From assembly GCA_951406725.2 (NCBI GenBank), contig OX597825.1:31186001-31250000 (forward strand): a stretch of DNA of 64,000 nt. The letters run 5' to 3'. Below the pieces are notes generated by a model, which was not told the DNA's origin, searched no databases, and saw only the letters and a program-made list of their open reading frames with translations. Within the stretch, counting starts at the first letter, position 1, and the number at the start of each line of letters is the position of its first letter. Both the position numbers and the translations under genes were made by a program. This DNA is from Octopus vulgaris. Taxonomy: Eukaryota. This document shows positions 13,025 through 25,602 of this stretch, piece by piece.

Positions 13025-13943
13025 TGTATGTACATATATACGCGTGTGTGCGTGTTTGTGTTTGTGTGTGTGTGTGTGTGTAAATATATATATTCCATTA
13101 ATCTACTTAGGAATACAGTAGAAGACAGTTAGTTTAAGTACTGTGCAGTGGGAGAGAACTCAAAGCCACGTGGTTAAGAATTTCTAAATCACACACACAT
13201 ACACACACACACGTGTGTGCGCGTGTGTATGTGTGTATATATATTTATGATGCAGATGGACAAAGAGAAATTTTAAAGATATGTAGATCATAGCAGAAGA
13301 AGAAAAGAGGAAGAATGAGAGTCAGAGAGAGAGAAAGAGAGAGAAGGGTAGAGAGAGAGAGAGAGAGAGACAAAGAGACAGAGACAGACAGACAGAAAAG
13401 AGAGACGAATAGTCAAAAAGGAATGAGCAGAGCCAAGAGAATTAACGAAATTAAAGTTGCACAGACTCTTGAGTAACAAAGGGTGAAAAAAAAAAGAAAA
13501 AGAGAAGTAAATAAAGAAAACCGAAATAAAACAAGAAGCATAGCAAACAAAAAGAAAACAAACAAAAAAGAAAAATATGCTGCAAAAAAAGAAAAGAAAA
13601 ACAGAAAAGGAGCCAAATTGCTTCCTCAGCAGTCTTTGGTTCTCACTAGTCTCAGGACTTCCAAAACTAGTATAGCTTCAGGAAATGTTTGCATTCTGTT
13701 GACTTCTAAACGAACAAGACACCCAATTAATTACCGACCTAATAAGTAAATCATGATAAACTAATAGCAAAAATTGATTAATAAATAAATAAGGCATTTT
13801 TGTTTTGTTTCATATTACTTTTTTAAAATTTTTTGTTGTTGCTGTTGTTTTTGGTTTTCGTTTGTTTTTTTTTTTAAACGAGGAAGAATTCTCATCAATT
13901 GGAAACTGGCAAACACCTGAGCTTCTTTGGCAACATGTGCATT

Positions 13944-13986
<43 letters not shown>

Positions 13987-14114
13987 CTGTGAGTGTTTAT
14001 GTACACATGTGTGTATGCATGTATATATACATTCATAGAAACATGCATGCACACACATATATATGTACATGAATACATAGAGATACTTATGGATATATAT
14101 TCATATATATATAT

Positions 14115-14145
<31 letters not shown>

Positions 14146-14164
14146 TAGATATATATAATACATG

Positions 14165-14200
<36 letters not shown>

Positions 14201-14231
14201 AGTATATATATATATATTTATACAAGTATAA

Positions 14232-14268
<37 letters not shown>

Positions 14269-14738
14269 AGTATATGTATATATGTGTGTGTGTGTATATA
14301 TATATGCAGAGAAGAAGAAGAAGAAGAAGAAGAAGAAGAAGAAGAAGAAGAAGAAGAAGAAGAAGAAGAAGAAGAAGAAGAAATATAAATATAATAAATA
14401 AGACAAAAAAAAATAAAAACAAGACATAATAGAAAACAGCTTTATGCTGAGGAGATGCTTTGAAGACAAGGAATTATGAAACATAATTATTACCAAGCTT
14501 TTTTCTTCTCTTTTTTTTTTGCTGTTGTTTTGTTACTTTGCTATTTTTTTTTGTTCACCCCCTCCCCCACACTCTTCTTTCCCCTCCACTCACACCTTAA
14601 CCTGTTAAGAATATTGTAGTGGGTACCAATTAAAACTTTCGTAATTTCATTTTCGTTTGTAGTATTTCCAGTCACACACGGAGCCAGTAGGGATTAGATT
14701 AAAGTAAAACTAGAGCTAATTAAGCAATTACCACAGCT

Positions 14739-15140
14739 AGTTACGTCTGTAGCATGAAATGCGGTTTCTCACAACAGTCACGTTTATTATTTATGTTCTA
14801 CATCACTTAGTCATGTCTGTGGCTGAAAACACTTAATCTCTCTTTCAAAAGTCAAGTTTATTATTAACATTCTACCGCACTTAGTTATATCTCTGCCTAA
14901 AACACTCTCTCAACAGTCAAGTTTATTATTAATGATCCTTCTCAATTATTCTGCAGCTAAGGCAATTAGTCTCATGATCTATCTCGGTTAGTTATGTCTC
15001 TGGCTACAAACAACACTTGCCTTCTCAGTAGTTACATTAATTTTTTGCAAATACATTTCAATTAGTTATGTCTGTGGCTAATACAGTTTGTCTCTAATAA
15101 TCTACCTTGTTTGGTTATGTCTGTGACTGAAAACACTTAG

Positions 15141-15186
<46 letters not shown>

Positions 15187-15253
15187 GTCAAGTTTACTAA
15201 TAATGAATTATCTAGGTTGGTTATGTCTGTGGCTAAGACATTAGTCTGTCATT
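14739..15253 (+). repeat. Degenerate array of about 8 GTTATGTCTGTGGCT motifs with 45-105 bp periods
   Basis: Motifs at about 14740, 14810, 14884, 14945, 14991, 15065, 15114 and 15220; long units share AGTCAAGTTTATTATTAA. Confidence 0.8.
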
Positions 15254-15404
15254 ATCCCATGAAGTGGGAGAAACATGTAAGATTAATTTTAGATAGAAAT
15301 GCTACCTGATGTCATTCCAAGATAAGGGATATAATTGTCAGTCTGTGGGCTTCAAGTTTTTTTGATAAAGGCATATATTGGTTATTCTTTTCAGAGAGCA
15401 ATAT

Positions 15405-15535
15405 TTTTATTTTGTTTCTGTATTTGGTTTGCAAAATTCTTGATGTGAATTTGTGTTGAAACAAATCTTGTTGTGTCTTGGGAGGGTCATTACATCAGTA
15501 ACACACTCACTGATTCAATACCACTTCTTTATTGT
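15405..15535 (-). mobile_element. Truncated copy of the short element at 62964-63155 (putative Penelope-like terminal repeat)
   Basis: TTTGGTTTGCAAAATTCTT and GTAACACACTCACTG are near-exact reverse complements of segments in 63035-63140. Confidence 0.65.
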
Positions 15536-17240
15536 TAGACAATTGGTTAGATATCAAACCAACTAACTAATTGGTCATTTGTTTAAAGCTGTGGTTAAAC
15601 AATCAATTGGTTGTTTGTTAATCAAAGCCCTTTCCTCACTGGACATGACCTTCTTAGTTATACAGAATCAAGGAGGTTCATTTAAAAGAAACAAGAATGT
15701 TTAATTTAAACATCAGATAAAGAAACAGATTACTGATTTTATAAACAAAATAAGTTTACTTTACTCAAAAAGTTCCAACTCTTGTTTTTTTCTTTTTTGC
15801 TTTTTTTAAGAATGTTGAAATACAATTAGTGTTGTGTGCTAATTAAAACATAATTCATTAAGTTTCAGTTGGTAATTATAAATAAAATATATTTCTCTAC
15901 TGTTTTGTTGCTGTTCCATTATTGTATTGCTGCACTGATAGAATGAGAAGACTAAATAGTTTGGTAAAACCTAACCCCAACAATCTTCTTTATGCTGACT
16001 CAAATGAAATTTTCTTGTATATGGTTCCATGATCTGCTGGTGATGCATAATCATTCTTTTCTTGAGTGTTATACTTTTTTTGTTTAATGTATTATTCACA
16101 GCAACCTTTACATGTTATATTGTATATTAAGTTGCCATATAAATATAAATAGATGTATATATAAACATTATATATATATATAAATATATAAACATAAATA
16201 TAAAAATACTTATATATTAAATATATATAAACATCTATATATATACATACACATGTAAAATATAAATATATAAAAACACACACATATATACACACATACA
16301 CATTATATATACATACATAAATATACATAAATACATATAAATATCTATATATACATACACAAACACATACATATCACATTAACACAAAAATGGTTAAGAA
16401 AAACATTTACTTTTTTTTATTCATATAACAAAAAACATTATCACTGTTATTTACAAAATAGGATTTTCATTCCATCTAACAAAGCTTCACCTTCTCCCTC
16501 TATCCCCATTACCACTCTACATGCACTCTTCTCTCTCTCTCTCTCTCCCTCATTCTCTCTCACTCTATCTCTCTCACTCTCTCTACCCACCTCTGTCAAT
16601 ATATCTGTCTATAACTTGAAATGATGTTTCCAAAAATTAAGCAATATTTACCACCCACTCAACCACCCATTCTCAAATCACTCACACCACACACATGCAC
16701 ATATGCATACATAAACCAATACAAACACACACACACACACACAACTAAAAAGAAAATCACAGTTCATGAAAATAAATGAAATGCAGGTAAACTAGATATA
16801 CAGGTAAAAAATAAAAATGCAAAATCTAATCAGTTTTAGTTCGACAATGAAAGCAAACCCAAAGAAAAGCTAACGAGTCTCTTTTTACAGTGAAAGCAAC
16901 TTTCAACTTTTGCTAGATTCCTTTCGATAAATCCATAGAATATAACTGGATAGATTTTTATCATGAAATATATTTCGTTTTACCAATGAAATAAGGTAGC
17001 TTAACCTTGGATTCACAAATGCTGTATGAATTTCCCTCTCTCTCTCTCTCTCTCTCTATCTCTCTGTCTCTCTCTGTCTCTCTCTTTCTCTCTCTATCTC
17101 TCCTTTCTCTTGTCACTGCAACACTATTCTTAGCTGTTTTCTCTCCTCACACAAAACCTTCCTCTCTCCCTCTCTCTTCTCCTGTCACTAAAATATTATT
17201 CTCCTCCTCCCTCTCTTGATTATATATATACATATATATA

Positions 17241-17372
<132 letters not shown>

Positions 17373-18037
17373 GTATGTATATATATGTATATATATATAT
17401 ATATGATATCATTCTGACATTGGAAGTGCATGCAGGTTAGAAGAGAGAATTGTTGAATTCTTGGTGAGGAACCGAGAAACTAAAGGAGGGAGTAGCTGCC
17501 ATTGATTAATTCTGCATTCCATTTTCGTTGTCAATGGCGGTGGTAGGTAGAGGTGACTATGGTGGTAATGGCAATGGGAGAAGAGTAGCGCTGGTGGTGG
17601 CGGTGGTGGTGGTGGTGATGAAAGGGTGTGGTGGAAGAGTGTGTACTCTTCAACAGTCTGCTTATTGGCAGGTGTGTTCAACTTTAACCTGATGTTATAC
17701 AGTGATAAATATGGTTCGTGCATGACTGTGGAATCACACAAAAACACATATCCATCTACCTGCATACAGGTACAAGTAGAGTTGTGTATACAGTGTACAG
17801 AGTTAAGTAGAGAGGGATGGACGGTTAGAGAAACTGATACATGTGAATGCATATATATGCATTATGTAGACACACATACACTTCACACACACACACACAT
17901 GTATGTATATATTATACATAAATATATATATATACATATATACACACATATTTATATAGACATTCTGACTTATACATAAACACATATATATACACAAATA
18001 TTCACATACAAATATACATATATATATATATACAAAT

Positions 18038-18070
<33 letters not shown>

Positions 18071-18073
18071 TAT

Positions 18074-18127
<54 letters not shown>

Positions 18128-18453
18128 CGAACGGATGGTGCTTTTCTTTTGCCGGTACCACGTAAAAGCACCATCCGTTCGTGTCCGTTGCCAGCCCCGC
18201 CTGGCCCCCGTGCCGGTGGCACGTAAAAACACCATCCGTTCGTGGCCGTTTGCCAGCTCTGTCTGGCACCTGTGCAGGTGGCACGTAAAAAGCACCCACT
18301 ACACTCACGGAGTGGTTGGCGTTAGGAAGGGCATCCAGCCGTAGAAACACTGCCAAATCTGACTGGGCCTGATGAAGCCTTCCGGCTTCACAGACCCCAG
18401 TTAAACTGTCCAACCCATGCTAGCATGGAAAACGGACACTAAATGATGATGAT
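18128..18453 (+). mobile_element. RTE LINE 3' end
   Basis: Three GCACGTAAAA(A)GCACC-like modules, GTTAGGAAGGGCATCCAGCC and an (ATG)n tail. Confidence 0.85.
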
Positions 18454-18506
18454 ATATATATATATACATATATATATACTTTATTTAAAGCAGCAGAAAA
18501 TTCAAC

Positions 18507-18554
18507 AAAACCTGTTACTCTGAGTTTCCTGTTGCCGTTCATCGGACAGTTTTT
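18507..18554 (-). ncRNA. Minimal type-I hammerhead-like motif (U4C variant), copy 1, in a TA-embedded element 18477-18558
   Basis: Minus strand: AAAAACTGT|CCGATGA|ACGGCAACAG|GAAA|CTCAGAG|TA|ACAGGTTTT. Stem II is damaged in this copy. Confidence 0.65.
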
Positions 18555-18603
18555 GCTATACATATATATATACACACACATATGCACACACACATACACA
18601 CAC

Positions 18604-18666
<63 letters not shown>

Positions 18667-18959
18667 TAGATAGACAGACAGACAGACAGACAGATAAAGA
18701 TAGATATGGTCAGTCTATGTATATCTATAAATGTATATATGTAAGCATATGCATTTGCACTCTGTGCACACATGTATGAGTGTGTTTGTTTACATTTGTA
18801 CTTCTCTAAAAATCACTCAGTTACAGGTGCTGACATTTTTGTCATTTCCTTAGTCAAGAAGTCACCAACTCGCTTTGCACTTTTAGACACAGGTGGAATA
18901 AGATATCTCTTATTTGAAAAACAGGTGAGAATTAGCAACACGAAGAGCGTCCAGCAGTA

Positions 18960-19380
18960 AAACAATGCCTGGTATTTATCCTATTGATCTCCTTTTGCTG
19001 GACTGCTAATTTAAGGTGGCATAAACAAACCAACACCAGATCTCATACAATAGTGGGTGGGGAGTAATATAATGGGCTTCTTTCAGTTTCCATCTGCCAA
19101 ATCCATTCACAAGGCTTTAGTTGGCCAAGGTACCACACAGTGGGATTGAACCTGGAATTATGTGGTGTGGAAATAAGCTTCTTATAACACAACTGTGCCT
19201 GCTAATTGGCATTTCTTCAAGCTTTACATTCTGAGCTGAAATGTCATCAGGGGTGACTTTACCGTTCATCCTTTCAAGGTCAATAAAATCAGTACCATTG
19301 GGGCGCTGGAGGGTGGGGTCGATGTAATCAACTGACCCACTCTCCATAAAATTATTGCCCTTGTACCAAAATTAGAAAGA
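18960..19380. mobile_element. Diverged SINE A (minus) followed by SINE B (plus)
   Basis: TTTCAGTTTCCATCTGCCAAATCCATTCACAAGG (SINE A) and TTCATCCTTTCAAGGTCAATAAAATCAGTACCA (SINE B). Confidence 0.6.
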
Positions 19381-19394
19381 GTATAGAATATATG

Positions 19395-19785
19395 TACCAG
19401 TGGTATGTAAAATGCACCATTCAAGCATGGATAATACCAGTGCCAGTGGCACATAAAATGCACCATTCGAGTGTGGTCAATGCCACTTAACTGCATCTGT
19501 GCTGGTGGCATGTAAAAAGCACCATTCGGGTGTGGCCAATGCCAATGCCAGTGGCGTGTAATATGCACCATTCAAGTATGGTCAATGCCAGTACCAGAGG
19601 CGCATAAAAAGCAGCCACTACACTCTCTGAGTGGTTGGCATTAGGAAGAGCATCCAGCTGTAGAAACCTTGCCAGATCAGATAGGAGCCCAGTGCAGCCT
19701 CCTAGCTAGCCAGTCATCAGTCAAACCATTCAATCCATGTCAACATGGACAGCGGACATTAAATGATGATAATGATAATGATGAT
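19395..19785 (+). mobile_element. RTE LINE 3' end with five tandem modules
   Basis: Five CCAGTGGCA(C/T)GTAAAANGCACCATTC-like units, then the standard tail. Confidence 0.8.
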
Positions 19786-19811
19786 ATGTAGATATAATAT
19801 AATATAATATG

Positions 19812-20600
19812 ATAATGGATGATTTTGTGTACTTCGGATCCACAATCAGCACCAGTGGATCGAGTAAACCAGAGATACGGAGAAGGCTCACGATAGCGAG
19901 GCAAGCGGTACAATATATGAAGAACATCTGGAAGAGTCGTGGTGTATCAATGCTGCTGAAGATAAGGCTACTTCGGGCTGCCGCTTTCACTATTGCAACG
20001 TACGGCTGTGAGTCGTAGACAATGTTGAAGGGAGACGAGAAAAGAGTGAATGCTTTTGAAATGTGGTGTTACCGCAGAATCCTTAGAGCAGTGCTTTTCA
20101 AACTTTTTGCTGGAGCGGAACCCCAAGGAAACATTCCACTGGCACACATATCTGCACAGGAGAATTAAAAATTACTGCCGATTTTAGCAGTTTTGTAACT
20201 TCTTGCGAACCCCTGGACTGTACTGGCAGAACCCTAAGGTTCCGCGGAACCCTGGTTGAAAACCACTACCTTAGAGTGTCGTGGACGGAGAGAAGGATGA
20301 ACAAGTGGGTACTAGAAAAGCTTGGTTGCAAGATGACGCTTTGGCAAAACATCATGAAGAGGAAGCTATGGTTCTTTGGCCACGTCATGCGCCGGGATGG
20401 ACTTGAGTGAACAATCATAACTGGCAAGGTGAACGGTAGATGTAAAAGAAGCAGACCACCCACTTCTTGGCTGAAAGTCATCACAGCCACAGGATTGTCT
20501 TTATTCTCAGCTATCCATGGGGTAGAATACAGGAGAAGGTGGCAAGACATCGTGATGACCACAGCATTGCATAGTGCAACACCTGACTAGGAGGATGATG
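19812..20600 (+). mobile_element. 5'-truncated RTE-clade LINE (second family), ORF C-terminus with stops
   Basis: DDFVYFGSTIS...EIRRRLTIARQA...YGCES*; NAFEMWCYRRILR|VSWTERRMN; FFGHVMR; GKVNGRCKRSRP. Confidence 0.9.
20089..20268. mobile_element. hAT (Charlie-like) MITE with perfect 8-bp TSD
   Basis: CCTTAGAG|CAGTGCTTTTCAA ... TTGAAAACCACTA|CCTTAGAG. Confidence 0.92.
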
Positions 20601-21900
20601 TTATGTAGATATAATGATATCAAAGCAGTAGAGCACCAGAAAAGTATCATTTGTTACTTTGTTACAACTCTTTATGACTTTAGTTCAAATCCTGTCACAG
20701 ACAACTTTGCCTGTCAACTGTTTGAGATCAATAATAAAAGCATTCATAACATTCATTCATTTACCAGGGCACATGTTACTCCAACTAGAGGAACCTGTCT
20801 CTAGGTTCTGCCCAGCAACGTCTATGTAGTAGCAATGTTTGAATGTGTCTGACATGGAGCTGCAAGATCTGTGTAGCAGAGGAACAGTGCTCCAGTACCT
20901 TTATCCATTCAACAACTTTAGCCAATCTAATTCCTACCAGAAAATACATTTTATTGCTGATAAAGTTTATCTGAATAATTTCAGTGTATGTATAATTTGA
21001 CAGTTTGTATAATCCCAAGAGATAAGTCGACTGCCGAAAAGAAATCATTAAAAATACCATTTTTTACCTAGCTTAATTTATTATTTCTTTCTTATTTATT
21101 GCTGTATTATTTCTTGAAAATATTGCCTTCAGAACTTCAGAGAATTATTTTATTTTTTTTTATTTTTTTTTTTTTTTAGTTACCTATTTTTACCTATTCA
21201 GCAGAAATATTTCAAACCGAAATATAACAGTAATACTGCATGTGGCTTGCAATCTATTTATTTCCAATAGATTGCTGTATTTAACTTTAGTAGAAATACA
21301 TATATATTCTATAAATCATGTCACATAATACTGCAGCTGTCTGTTTAAACATATGCAATATGTGAGTTTGTGAGACTGTATCAATATATATATCTGTATG
21401 CACATAATGCTATGTAATCCTGTATGTGTTAGCATTTAATACCCTGGTTGTTCACACCCACACACAAACACACACACACATACACACAATATATAGATAC
21501 ATACATACACATTGTAATTAACTTTTCACTACAGCATATGACTAGAGATGAATTACCAACAGATTGGTGTTTAAACATTTCCTCTGCAAATATATGCGTG
21601 TATGTGTGTGTGTATACACATACATACATACATACATACATACATACATAAATACATACATACATACATTTATAAATATACATACACGGACACATATATA
21701 TGTAGGCATGTATATCTGAATTAATGTTACAGCCTGGTATATATTATCACCAAATACCTCAATTCTTCAGGTGTATTGTAATTAGCCCTTCACTTGTGCA
21801 TATAGCTTAAGATAAATTACCAAGAGAGTGCCATCCAAATTTAAATATAGCCAACATGCATATACATACATAAATGATATAGATACATACATAAATATAC

Positions 21901-21939
<39 letters not shown>

Positions 21940-22009
21940 TACACACACATATATATATGTTTATATATTAATATACATACATATATATACATATATATAT
22001 CATCATTAT

Positions 22010-22270
22010 AATCATTTTATATTCACTTTCCAGTGCTTGCAATGCACAAACTGGATGAGTTTCCCCCAGTACACTGACTCACACATGCACACACACACCA
22101 CCTGTTTCAGTCCTTTGTCATGTCTTTTGTGAGAGTCAGCCTCCTGGGATCAGCTTTCACCACCTCTTCCTCAATAATCTTGGTCTCCCTCTCCTGCAAG
22201 CTACTTCTAGTTGGATTACAAAGCATTCTTCTTCCCTATTATTATCCCCCATATGCATCAATGCCCAAAT
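22010..22270 (-). mobile_element. Old RTE LINE 3' fragment
   Basis: Minus strand shows CRRGRPR-like ORF end and a decayed tail. Confidence 0.55.
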
Positions 22271-22764
22271 TATGAATGTATATTGAAAATGATCTTTCGC
22301 TATTACATATGAGCTGAATCAAATAAAGCTGTATTTAACAATCATCATTTCATTTATATGATCCATATTTCGTTTTTTTACTGCTGATTTATATTCCCTT
22401 AACTTACTGTTAACCTGACCTCATCGCTGTTTCTATATACTCTAGTCTTTATTATATTCTTCAACGGGCTTCAATGCAAGGGCTGCATATTGGAGCTTCA
22501 GCGTAACACTTGTTTCTCCTTCATCCTATTCCGAGATGGCTCCCACTCAAGTCCACACAACTTTCATGTCTTTACTATACTGGATATGTATGTGTGTGTG
22601 TGTGTGTGTGTGCATGCATGTGTGTGTAAATGATAAAGACCATCAGATTGCACCTAGAGAGATCCTCTCCAAAGCACGAATCTGGACATGTTTATATGTA
22701 GATCTATTCATATTTATATGGCTACTTAATATACAATATAACATGTAAAGGTTGCTGTGAATGC

Positions 22765-23097
22765 TACATTAAACAAAAAAAGTATAACACTCAAGAAAAG
22801 GATGATTATACATCACCAGCAGATCATGGAACCATATACAAGAAAATTTCATTTGAGTCAGCATACCAGTTTCCCCTCTCCAAATTGCTAATGTTGTCCA
22901 AAGAAAAAGGAAAGGCAAAGGCTGAAACAGCTTGGCACTAGTAACATTGTAACTCATTTCTACATCTGAGTGAACTGGAGCAACATAAAATAAAGTGTCT
23001 TGCTCAAGAACACAACACATAGTCTGGTCTGAGAATCAAATTCACAATCCTACAATTGTAAGCCCAATGTTCTAACCACTGAGCCATGTGCCTTTAC
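22765..23097 (-). mobile_element. tRNA-derived SINE family D, diverged
   Basis: Reverse complement of the 23170 copy (GAGCCATGTGCCTTTAC; GTGTCTTGCTCAAGAACACAACAC). Confidence 0.8.
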
Positions 23098-23169
23098 GTG
23101 TGTGTGTGTGGGGGGGGGTGCATGTGTGTATTGTATGTGTATTATTATATGTATACATACATACATATA

Positions 23170-23520
23170 GTGAAGGTATATGGCTCAGTGGTTAGAGCGT
23201 CGAGTATACGATCGCGAGGTTGTGAGTTCAAATCCCGGACCGGGCTGCATGTTGTGTTCTTGAGCAAGACACTTTATTTCATGTTGCTCCAGTTCACTCA
23301 GCTGTAGAAATGAGTTGCAACGTCACAGGTGCCAAACTGTATCGGTCGTTGCCTTTCCCTTGGATAACACTGGTGGCACGGAAAGGGGAGGCCGGTATGC
23401 ATGGGCGACTGCTGGTCTTCCATAAAAACAACTTTGCCCAGACTTGTGCCAAGGAGGGTAACTTCCTAGGTGCAATCCTATGGTCAGTCATGACTAAAGT
23501 GGGTCTCAGCGGCAGCAACA
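23170..23520 (+). mobile_element. tRNA-derived SINE family D
   Basis: A box TGGCTCAGTGG, B box GAGTTCAAATCC, CORE-like TTCTTGAGCAAGACACTTTA. Confidence 0.85.
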
Positions 23521-23524
23521 TACA

Positions 23525-23870
23525 TATACAAATGGTTTCTATCAATTTCCATCTTAAAATCCATCCACAAAGCCTTGGCTGCCCCACATGTATAGAAAAA
23601 GACAATTGCCCAAAGTGGTATGCAGTGGAACTGAACCCAGAACCCTGTTATTAAGAAAAAAAAACTTCTTACCACACAGCCACACCTGCACCTTTCTTTT
23701 AGCCTTCTTTCACTAGTCAAGGCACATAGCCTAGTGATTAGAGTACTGAACACACAATCATTAGATAATGGGGTTGACCCTGGTACCAGCTGGTGTACAG
23801 ACTCTTTGAACAAAGCACTTCATTTCATGCTGCTCCAATACACCACCCTGCTGAAAATTTGTACCAGTGG
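23525..23870. mobile_element. SINE A head (minus) and diverged SINE D/E head (plus)
   Basis: CTTACCACACAGCCACACCTGC; GGCACATAGCCTAGTGATTAG...CAAAGCACTTCATTTCA. Confidence 0.6.
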
Positions 23871-24476
23871 TATCTGAAGGGTTAATGCTGCAATAAAGTG
23901 GTGCCCTGTCCAAAGTAGGGTTAGTCATGCATCTAACCAAAATGCCTTAATAATCAGAACAAGCCTTCATGAGGCAAATGTTTTTCTCCATTTTTTTTTT
24001 TTTTACTAGATTGCGTCATTGGAATTTTGGTCATACATACAAGACATGGCATTCAACACTGCTGCTGATTCGTACTAATATACTGACCGGGATTACTACA
24101 TCATTTATGAAGCCACAACCAAAAGGATGAATGGTATAATTGTCCTTGGGTAGTATTTGTACTTTAGAACAAAGATTGAAGCAGAGATCTGGAAAAAATA
24201 TCACAGGACATTCTAACTCATACTCTAACAACACTGCTAACATAGATTTATATGTGAGTGTGTGCATATATATATATATATATATACATATATACACACA
24301 TACATCTATATACACACAAACAAAGAGACACACACATATATACAAATATATATACTTAGAAACACATATATAAAAATACATACATCTGTATATAGAGAGA
24401 TATAGATATAGATGTGTGTGTACATATGTATATATATATATATATATACTATAGTTATATAGTTATACTATATTTA

Positions 24477-24541
<65 letters not shown>

Positions 24542-25187
24542 ACACACACACACACACACACACGCGCATACATTTTATGAGTGTATTTATGTTGTGTATA
24601 ACTAAAAATGTAACAGTAATCCAGTTTTTATGCTATTCAATATTTGAGGATTTTTTTTTTTGTTGCTTTTATATATATACATTTTCATGTAAGTCCTTTA
24701 GAGTTTGTTTGGAACAATAAAGTTTTCTTGTTTTTTTTTTGTTTTTTTCTTTCTTCCACTCCATTGATGTTTCAAGGATTTCTTGATCTGGCTGAAATTG
24801 TTATTAGTGGTTACTAATAACAACTTCAACCACAAGAAAAGATCAAAAAAAGAACCTTGCGACATCAATAGACCTAAGAAAACTTTTATTCTCCCAGACA
24901 ATATATAAAGGACTTAGGAAAAAAATATAACCAAAAGAAAATTATCCTCAATAAAAATCCTAAGTCTGGAGTACTGTTCAGGTTTTTAATAATACCCACA
25001 ACACACACAGGTACACACACACATTCACACATATACATACACATGCATGTACACGCAATATTTAGGAGACAAAAGCAATAAGATCTAGCCATGTTGTAAC
25101 AAGACAATAAATACCGAGTAGCCTTTGTCCTTATTCAGTAACATTGAAATATTTCTTACTGCAAATTGCTACAATCACTTAATCAAC

Positions 25188-25232
<45 letters not shown>

Positions 25233-25292
25233 CCTATCTATCTACCTATCTATCTATCTATCTACCTATCTATTTATCTATCTATCTATCAT

Positions 25293-25329
<37 letters not shown>

Positions 25330-25602
25330 TTAACTAACTATCTTTTTATCTATCTATCTGTCTATCTATCTATCTTTCTTTCTATCTCTGACGTGAATGG
25401 ACTGTAAATAGATCGGCTCCAAGTAAGCTGGCTTTTTTGTGTAGAAAAACTGTTTATTTGTGAAATATTTTTTGTGAAAGAGATGTCTAACTTCATCTCC
25501 TTCAACCCCAGTAAATCTTGTAATAGGAAATTACCCCACTTGGGGAGAATTTCCAAAATTTTTTTAATTTTCTTTGGTTTCCTTGCCATATTCTAACTGA
25601 AA

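Noticed and set aside
14739-15253. CRISPR-like reading of this array and of the RTE modules
   Set aside because: Eukaryotic context, degenerate repeats, spacers homologous to each other and of irregular length, and no cas genes.
21715-21785. Minus-strand CTGAAGA followed by a long hairpin
   Set aside because: No GAAA, stem III or stem I partner at the required positions.
23170-23245. tRNA-like sequences (also 37170-37243 and 38858-38930)
   Set aside because: A/B boxes continue into SINE bodies with tails and TSDs, and I could not identify an intact cloverleaf.
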